Of a stretch of 64,000 bases of DNA, positions 56,531-64,000 are shown piece after piece. The DNA lies in the NCBI GenBank assembly GCA_000091205.1, contig AP006502.2, one strand, 5' to 3'. Positions within the stretch are counted from its first letter, which is position 1. The number at the start of each line of letters is the position of its first letter. The notes under the pieces were generated by a model, which was not told the DNA's origin, searched no databases, and saw only the letters and a program-made list of their open reading frames with translations. Both the position numbers and the translations under genes were made by a program. The DNA is from Cyanidioschyzon merolae. Lineage: Eukaryota.

Positions 56531-58599
56531 TTGTTTTTTTTTCTAGCAGCCGGCGACCCTGGGCCTCCAGGATCGTGGACTTGCTTTTTTCATAACTTTG
56601 TTTTTTTGTTTTTTTTTGAAAAACAACGCTCTTTGAACCCTTCTGTTATATATTTCGAAAAAACACTTGACTAGACTTGTTTGAAGTTCTAAACAAAAAT
56701 CAACTGAAAGACTATACTTGGCTACGACCTGAACGGAAATCTGACGTTTACAGCTGAACAACACGCTGCTGGTCAGGATCGCGTTTAACTTCAACGGCGG
56801 CATCCGCGTCGCGTCTCCTGCCTGGCTGAATCTCCCAGGTGCGCAAATCGACAGCACTATTTAGAACAAAGAAAAGAGATTCACGACCAAAAAGCAAGGA
56901 TATAACGGATTCTTTCGTCCTCTACGATAAACGATAAAACAGGGAAAAGTTTTCCGTACTGTCGCAAGTCCTCCTTCCAGGCGGAAAGTTCCGCGAGCCT
57001 GACGAGTCTCCCAGACTCGTGCTTCGTGCTCCCCCCAATGGCAGGTCTTGAAGCGAGACCTCGGCAACTCGTCTGGAATGCAGTTTATTCCAAGATCGCG
57101 AGTGGCTGGAGTGCGTCTGGTCGTCGCCCTGATCGTCGTTTTCTTCCAGCAAATTGCATGGCTCCGTTGCAGGCAGCAAGTCTGTCTGCGCAGTTGCCAA
57201 ACTCCCAGGAGAATGATGAATCCCAGGCCCCGTGTCGGCTGAACCACACCTCGAGCCGATGCCCCCAGTGATATGACAAAGTTATTCTGTTCCCGTGCTG
57301 AATCCGGACCAGCAGTATAGGCTCTGTTGCTGCAGGCGCTCGGGGCAGGCGCTCGGCACACCATAGAACCTACGAAACGACCATCGCATCCGAGAGAAAG
57401 CATGGATAATGGAGCTTAAAGGTAGGGTGGAACATGATAGACACTCTTTCGATCACCAATATCCATCCCGCAATCTAGGAGCCGTGGTCCATGAAAACAT
57501 TCTGGAAAACACAGCGATCTGTGGATTTGAGATTTGCGCATACACTGCCGCGGATACCTTGACGCGTCGCCACGGCGATCGATCGGAACATAGAAAGCAC
57601 AGGTGCCGAAAAGTATCACAAATTGGAAAGGGAACCATTTTCAATCGTTCAAGATTGACCAAGAGAACGACTTGTTGTCGAGTGTTGTCCTTCTTTTTAG
57701 TGGCTACACAGCTGTCGCGGAACCGATAAATCAAGAGGATGCAGCCAAAACCCTCAACGAACGCAGATGCGGTAGCCCAACTGTCTGAGAGCTCCGAATC
57801 ATCGATAGCCGGGCATGATGGACGGCGTGAGGCGTACGATCGAGTAGGATGGCGAGGTCAGGACCCGTCTCGATGCTTTGGGTTCCTTTCCGATGAATGA
57901 GGACATTTTCTGCGCCTTATTTCGAGCGAATATTAGCGTCCAACTAGCGAAATCGGACAATCTCCGGCTGGAGTGCATGACATCGTGCACGGGACGCCAA
58001 CGGTATCCGCAGTGCAGAGACAACAAGCGTGGATTCAAGTGTCTGCTCAATATGTAGGAAATAGAAATGACGAACATGTCGTGTCGTTTGGTCGAGGCCC
58101 GTGGCTCTGGAGGTGCTGCAACGCGCTGAACCTGCACTTTTGCTCCGTCGACCAGCGCGCACAAAGTGTGCAGGAACTGAATCTTTCCATCTCCCATCGA
58201 TGCAATCCAGACGATTTGAGCGCATCACGAGCACAAGGGCACGTTGAGCGTGCTAGACGACAACAGCAACATCGTGAAGCAATGACGAATGCACCAGATG
58301 ATGGAAAGTTAGTTGACCATCCGTTTATGGCGAGGCAGTCGAGGGCAAGAGACTTGCGATGATATGACTCTCCGCGCAACAGTACGCGCCATGACTCGAT
58401 GCGTCGTGACTGGAAGGCTCCCATCACGAGCGAGGGATGTCTCGTGCTTCCCGGGCGGACGTCCGTCGGCTCGGTATCCAGCGAGCTTTCGCAGGAATCG
58501 TTTCGTACCAAGCGTGTGCGTTGTGCTGCGATGCGGAAGACTTGCGCTCACGAAATCAGTGCCTGGGAGAGGGTCATAGATTCCCGTCTGGCTCAAGGC

Positions 58600-60010
58600 C
58601 CTGGCATGATACGGGGTCACCAATGCGGCAAGGCTGGTGCGTTCTATGCATACATCGGGAACGGTTTCCCCGGTAATCGGTGACCAAGAATGGTGCCATA
58701 TCATTCAGTAGTACTGAATATTGGTATATATAGGCAGAACGTTTCACCGTAAACCTCTGATGGATTCCTAAAGCAACGTCAGACTGAATCGGATCGGGTC
58801 CGTTCAGATAACCCGAGTGTTTACGCTCAACATGAGGGTCTCTTCTCCTTGTCATCAACATGAGCGTTTTGCGCGCTTCCACTGCGAATGCTTCCTTTTT
58901 CTCTCGCTTATATGCGGTTTTCAGTGTGCCGGTCTCTACGATCCCTCCAGCTCCGATGTCAGCTGTTGGGGAGAGTTCATGAGAGCGTGTGAGTCCCGCT
59001 CTCGTCGCTTCCTGCTGTTGTCGACGCATTGCATGCCGAGGCTCAAGTACGATCTACATATCGATTCCCATTTTCACCGTCTTTGTAGATAGCCTTGATG
59101 CGCTCTTCGCAGCGCTGTTCATTCACTGAGCTCAGGTGCTCCCATCTGTCCACCGAGTTTGCTTCTCAGAGCATTGCCAACCTCTATAGTGTTCGAAAGC
59201 TTCGTTCATCTCGTTCGATGCCGTCCTCCGTTTCCGCGCTCGGTGCCGTACCGTACGATCATGAGCAACTTCTGTATGAAAACTACGGCGACTGCGCTGT
59301 CCTCTGCACGTGGGAGCGCGCGCTGTTCCATGAAAGCCCGTACTTGTGGAACGCAATGTTGTCCTTGATGAAACAAGTACCGAGAAGCAAAATCCAGGAT
59401 ACAGAACATGATAACGAATTTCGATGTTCCGGCGCCCCGTTCGAGCTAAGCGATGCTGCACGCTCCACTGGAAACAATCGCTCCGATGAATCTAGTCCGA
59501 GTCCGAGACGCTCTTTTATGCAAAGAGCAGAAATGCGAGCTTCTCGCAACGTATCATAGGAGAAGTATCATGCCGTTGTCGAATGGCGTCTTATCGATGG
59601 GAACAAAGATGGAAAAATCTGATTTTTTGAACGGAACAGATGATTCGACTTGACAAGTTCCGTGAAGTTTCGGCTTATACTTGTGACCGAATCGTTCACG
59701 GACGACCTCGAGTATCTTTCCTCGTCAACCTAGCGGTGCAAAGGGCTGCACCCATGATTTGCCTTGAAATAAAGAGATCGAATCCCTGAAGGATTTGTGA
59801 TATGCGCGTGTCTCACATAAAGAAAAGAGATGGGCGGAGGCTTTGCCTCATGAATTCGATGATGATATCGGTAATTTCACGAACCTTCGTTCGGCGGCGT
59901 CGCCAAACATCCTGAATCCGGTGACGTAACAAAAGCCAACGGCAAAGCGTCGTAGCGGGCACTTCACCACTGAGAACGCTGAGCCTACGTATGCATCCGC
60001 AAGCCCTTCG
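58600..60010 (+). repeat. Dispersed repeat family R, copy 4 (longest copy; left boundary uncertain)
   Basis: See copies 1-3. This copy contains all shared blocks in a single orientation and has an extra roughly 140 bp between the gccttgaaa and cgtatgcatccgc blocks compared with copy 1. No ORF is conserved across copies. Confidence 0.55.
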
Positions 60011-62749
60011 TGCAGCACTCGAAATTACAATTCTATACATGTACATACGGTTCGGAAAAAAATCTCAGGGCATGAACAGTGCGACCAGTTCCATGTTTCA
60101 GTTTACTCTGACACGCGTCCTAGTGCAGGTAGCGGGGTGCGAGCTTCAGCGGCATCGTCCTCGCTTGACCAAGAAGCCTTGTAGTTACAGCGGGCGCGCT
60201 CCGATGCCTGAACGTCATCGCGGGCCCATCGGACAAGTCTCGCACTGAACGCCAATAACGCAACCCTTGTATTCATCTTCTGCGTGTTGTGCAGGGGCCC
60301 GCCCTGGCAGCGGTTTCTGCATAACTCGGCACCGCTCAGAGGACCTGTGGCACATCCACGGGACAAGGACATGATACGCGGGCGGCGGGTACCGGTCCTG
60401 GCCCTGGTTCCGCTGACGACGGCACCTCAGCCATAACTTGCGTACTGCGACGACGAAAGCGACGTGCTTGGTGGCACACGCTGCGCGCCATGGTGTCGCT
60501 CTCGGTTCCAAACAGCTGCCGAGGTATACCATCACGAAGCCATGTTGCAGGACGTTCACAGAATGGGGCAGGTACAGCCTGTGCTTCCCGCTCAGTCCAA
60601 GTCGGGGAACGAGTCAGCACACCAATAGGCCCAGCGAGACGACGTGTCGCAGCCGTCACAGACGCTTGTTCTATATCCTCGACAGGCTCATGCCTGGTGT
60701 TGGTACCGCTCAGCGAACCAACAGTTGACGTACTCGAGGAGCGTGTGCGCACACCAGGTCCGGTGCGCGCATCGCCTCTGTAGTGCCATTTTGTGAGCGC
60801 ATTCTCGTGCATCCTCGAGCGATCTCGGGCCTCGACGTGTACGCCTCTTGGAAGGTGTTTGTGAGTCGATATCGAGAAGCTTTGGGGCGGAACAGTTTGC
60901 GTGAAGCTGAAGGAGCGAGCCCTCTGAAGCTTTGCGCTTTGGGGTTTGACTCTCAAGTCACCCGAGATCGTACGTTCGCGAACGCAGATGCACCAGCACC
61001 GCCTCACGGCTACGTTTTGTATTCCGTTTTCGCTGGGCCGGCACGCAACCTCCTCGCGTCGGTCTGGGACCATTTGCGACGTAGTGGCGTGCGGTATGCG
61101 TGGTATCAGGCAGAGAGCTCCTGTAGAGCGAGCACCGTCAGGTCAACGGTCACCAAAGCACACGTTGTCAGTTCCGGGAAACGCGGCCACATGCGCGGAG
61201 CCAGGGACTCGTACGGAAAATGATGTGCTGCTGACGTTGCGAGGAACCCGAACTAGTATTTTTCTTTCACCCTTTGTCCTAATAGTCTTCCTTTTCTGGC
61301 AAATAGTACGCTTTTTTACGAGGGTATTGCTTTTTCTATTGATCTTCTCGGGTGTGAGCGCCTTCTTATGGGTGCGGCGCAGCAGAATGTGGGTGCTGGA
61401 AGTTCGTGACTGTATCGGGAGAATGGCCACGATGCGTTTCCAGAGGCGTCAAATGAGCGTCGTTCCCGTCAGTATCGTAGTGAAAGCCCGGTGCAGGACG
61501 CAGCAGCACGCGCCACAGCCAGCTACAGCAGCCCAGACGCATGACAGGCGGCGTGCGCAAGGGACACCAGCGCCCGAAGTGCCAGAGTGGAGGGATGATA
61601 TTGATTTTTCTTTGACGCCACAGCCGTCTTGCTGGCTACCGTCGACACTGAGCATCGACTGCTCTTCTCTTTGGGCACTGCTGTGGCGCTTGGGTCCGGG
61701 CGACGATTAGCCCAGTGTACGTTAATCAGCACGAATCGATCCATTCGGTGAGCGTACCGGATCGCCAGCCATTGACATGCTTCGACTTGTGAACAAAAGG
61801 AATTTCGGGGCAGTGTGGATTGGGTGCTTCTCTCTGTGACGGGCGCCAAAGCATCTCATCGTTATGCTGTGAAGAGGGCTGTCTCCGAAGATGACCTTTT
61901 CATCGTGCGCTGTCCAGAGGGTTCTGTAGACAGAGCGAACCATGTCAAAGATGATCTCGCTCGGAAAGCCTGGAGAACATCAAAAAGAATTCATAAAATT
62001 TCGCTGGGAATATTTCAGCCCGTACAGCCGTTCCCAATGCTCTGCAGTAAAAGGTTGCCACTGTTCGAACAAGCGTGCAAGCAACGACCTGGAGCAGCGG
62101 CGAGGCTGCGAGCGTTTCAGAGACCCGGAGGCTTGCAGCGCGGGAGTGTGCCATGCGCTCGCTCTGGCGGCAACGTGAGTACCTGTCGAGGCCGTACCGC
62201 GGTGTCGCTTTCTAATTTGCACCGCGAAACAGGAAACGAATGTCATGGGCTTCACTAGTGCATCTGCAACTGACAGCGATGCCAGGCAGCGAGGCAGCTG
62301 GACGCAATCCGGGGCCTTGTTCGGGCGCTGAATGTTTTGTTCGATGACAAAACGTGTATATGGACCATGGATCCCAGGTTGCGTGATGGATGGGCATTGG
62401 CTTTCTGGAAATCACTCTTTATTTGAAGCTCCAAGTTTTAGTTCGAGTACCCGTACTTCCTCTCGGACTTGGGGGTCGTTCTGTACGTTCCATCGTGCGC
62501 CGAGTGCCTGCAGCGCTGCAGCCCGCAATAGCGCCTAAACCGCTGATGCAGATGCTGCACAGAGAGAGAACGGCTTTGCCATGCCACTGAGGGCGTCATA
62601 TCGCGGAACGCTTCACCAGATACGGAGTCGGAGTACGTAATCATTCTGGGAGCCTAAAAATGGGCAAGCAGACGTCCTCTATGCGGCGGCGCGAATCGAT
62701 ATACCAGGATTACAACCTGAGCAGGGCGATGCCCAGACACAGCGCGTCC

Positions 62750-64000
62750 GCTCCTAGTCCCAGAATACACTCTGACGGGGCGATGAAGTACCTCACGAAC
62801 CTGAAGAACCATTCGACAGTGAGCCTCGAAGGTTTTATGATACGCGCCGTGTTTGCAGCTCACCCGGGCATCTCTGGCAGAGGGATATGGGCGATTATCA
62901 ATGGCATCACGAACGATTGCCGACATGAAGGTCAGATCGAATTTGTCGACAAGAAGAAGTGACACAGGAGCACGAATGAAGCTTTTGTGATCCGTGCGGC
63001 TACACAAGAGCACCGTGCGGTACTGGGGCTGGCGAATCCGGCAGCAAAGATATCAGAGTTGAAGAAAGATAAGGAAAGATACTATCGCCTCGCCCTGCGG
63101 TATTTCGTGTTTCTGGACCAAGAACTCGAACGCAAGGCGGAGATGAAGGTGAGAGGGAAAAAATGAAGAGTGGGAGAGACGGAAGGCTGTCCTAATTGGG
63201 AAGCGCTTCAACGTGGTTCCAATGTGCAACATCAAGTCAGATTTCGTGACTATCGACTCGAGAATCCTTTACGGCATCTTCAAGGAGATCAGTCCGGAGT
63301 TCAATGTACGGAAGACAGAGTTCACCGGCGAAACCCGGGAGGCGTACTGGAGGAATATATTCGATTTCAAACGTCTCAATACGAGCAAGCAGAAGATATT
63401 CACGGGGATGATCGAAACCGGTGTAGTAGGCACGTGTGTCCACTATCGGCGGGTGAAGGCGGATCGCCCTATCGTGCCTTCGGCTTTCCCCGTGACGAAG
63501 CGTGAAGATAAGAAGGAGGTGGGCCCTGGAACGTATAGTCCCCTGGATAACGACTTCGTGGTAAGCATGGACCCAGGGAACACGAATATCATAACCATCG
63601 CAGCACCCAAGCGTGGAAAAAATAGTAACAACGGCAACTTATGCCAGAGAGACATTCGTCTTTTAAAGCTCTCGAGAGCTAGAGACTACCGAGAATCGGG
63701 AATAATGAATGCGAGGAAACAAAGTGAGACCTAGAATTCAGGAGTGAAGGATCACCTGGAAGCTATGAGCGAGGTGACGAGCCGCGGAGCGGACTTTAAA
63801 GCTTTTCGGGAATTCATGAAAATTCGCGTTAGTCATTGGGGGACGCTGTGGAAAGAATATTCAAAGCCCTGGTGGGCTCGTCTGCGTATGAGTCTGTACT
63901 GTGGGAAGCATCGTGCATTCGCGAACTTTTTCAATCAGTTGAGCGCATTGAAGGAGGACGAGAGTCAGAAGCTCGTGGTAGCATACGGAGCAGGGCGCTG
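62750..64000 (+). mobile_element. Copy B of the TnpB/Fanzor-like element (5'-truncated relative to copy A, runs off the window end, in-frame TAG present)
   Basis: ORFs 62660-62962 (...MKYLTNLKNHSTVSLEGFMIRAVFAAHPGISGRGIWAIINGI...) and 63213-63734 (...CNIKSDFVTIDSRILYGIFKEISPEF...[24 protein letters not shown]...), continuing to 64000 (...SHWGTLWKEYSKPWWARLRMSLYCGKHRAFANFFNQLSALKEDESQKLVVAYGAG), are about 70-80% identical in protein to the copy A fragments. The TAG at 63732-63734 aligns with a TGG (Trp) in copy A. Confidence 0.5.

Noticed and set aside
1-64000. Reading FtsZ, MiaB, RbfA, S7, TatA and TraB as a bacterial contig or operon.
   Set aside because: The same contig encodes a full alpha-tubulin, PWWP/TFIIS, NT-C2, AMPK-gamma-like and SNM1 proteins. 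The bacterial-type genes carry N-terminal extensions, are on mixed strands and are separated by eukaryotic genes. They are nuclear genes for organelle proteins.
1-64000. tRNA and rRNA genes.
   Set aside because: No rRNA-like conserved blocks were noticed. tRNA cloverleaves cannot be reliably called by eye in 64 kb, so this was not assessed rather than shown absent.

Overview
This is a GC-rich, gene-dense window whose long ORFs are unspliced and sit on both strands. It is clearly eukaryotic nuclear DNA: it encodes a complete, divergent alpha-tubulin, a PWWP/TFIIS-type transcription factor, an AMPK-gamma-like CBS protein, an SNM1/PSO2 nuclease, glutamine-dependent NAD synthetase, glucose-6-phosphate isomerase and an NT-C2 domain protein. 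Mixed among these are many bacterial-type, presumably organelle-targeted genes with N-terminal extensions: FtsZ, TatA/Tha4, RbfA, ribosomal protein S7, a parvulin-MiaB methylthiotransferase fusion, a TraB protein, a DnaJ-type zinc-finger protein and Erv1/ALR. The picture fits a compact, intron-poor photosynthetic eukaryote such as a cyanidialean red alga, but that is an inference and the organism cannot be named from sequence alone. The many long overlapping antisense ORFs are ordinary high-GC artefacts. The most notable content is in the right-hand 10 kb. Two inverted, degenerate copies of an element encode a TnpB/Fanzor-like RuvC nuclease (54.25-56.5 kb on the minus strand; 62.75 kb to beyond the window end on the plus strand). 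They flank an AT-richer, gene-poor segment, and one copy has an expanded 75-bp minisatellite inside its ORF. A second, unrelated dispersed repeat family of roughly 0.7-1.4 kb has four copies (about 6.5, 11.3, 48.3 and 58.6 kb). There are also several tandem duplications and coding microsatellites. No rRNA or CRISPR array was seen. tRNA genes could not be assessed by eye.
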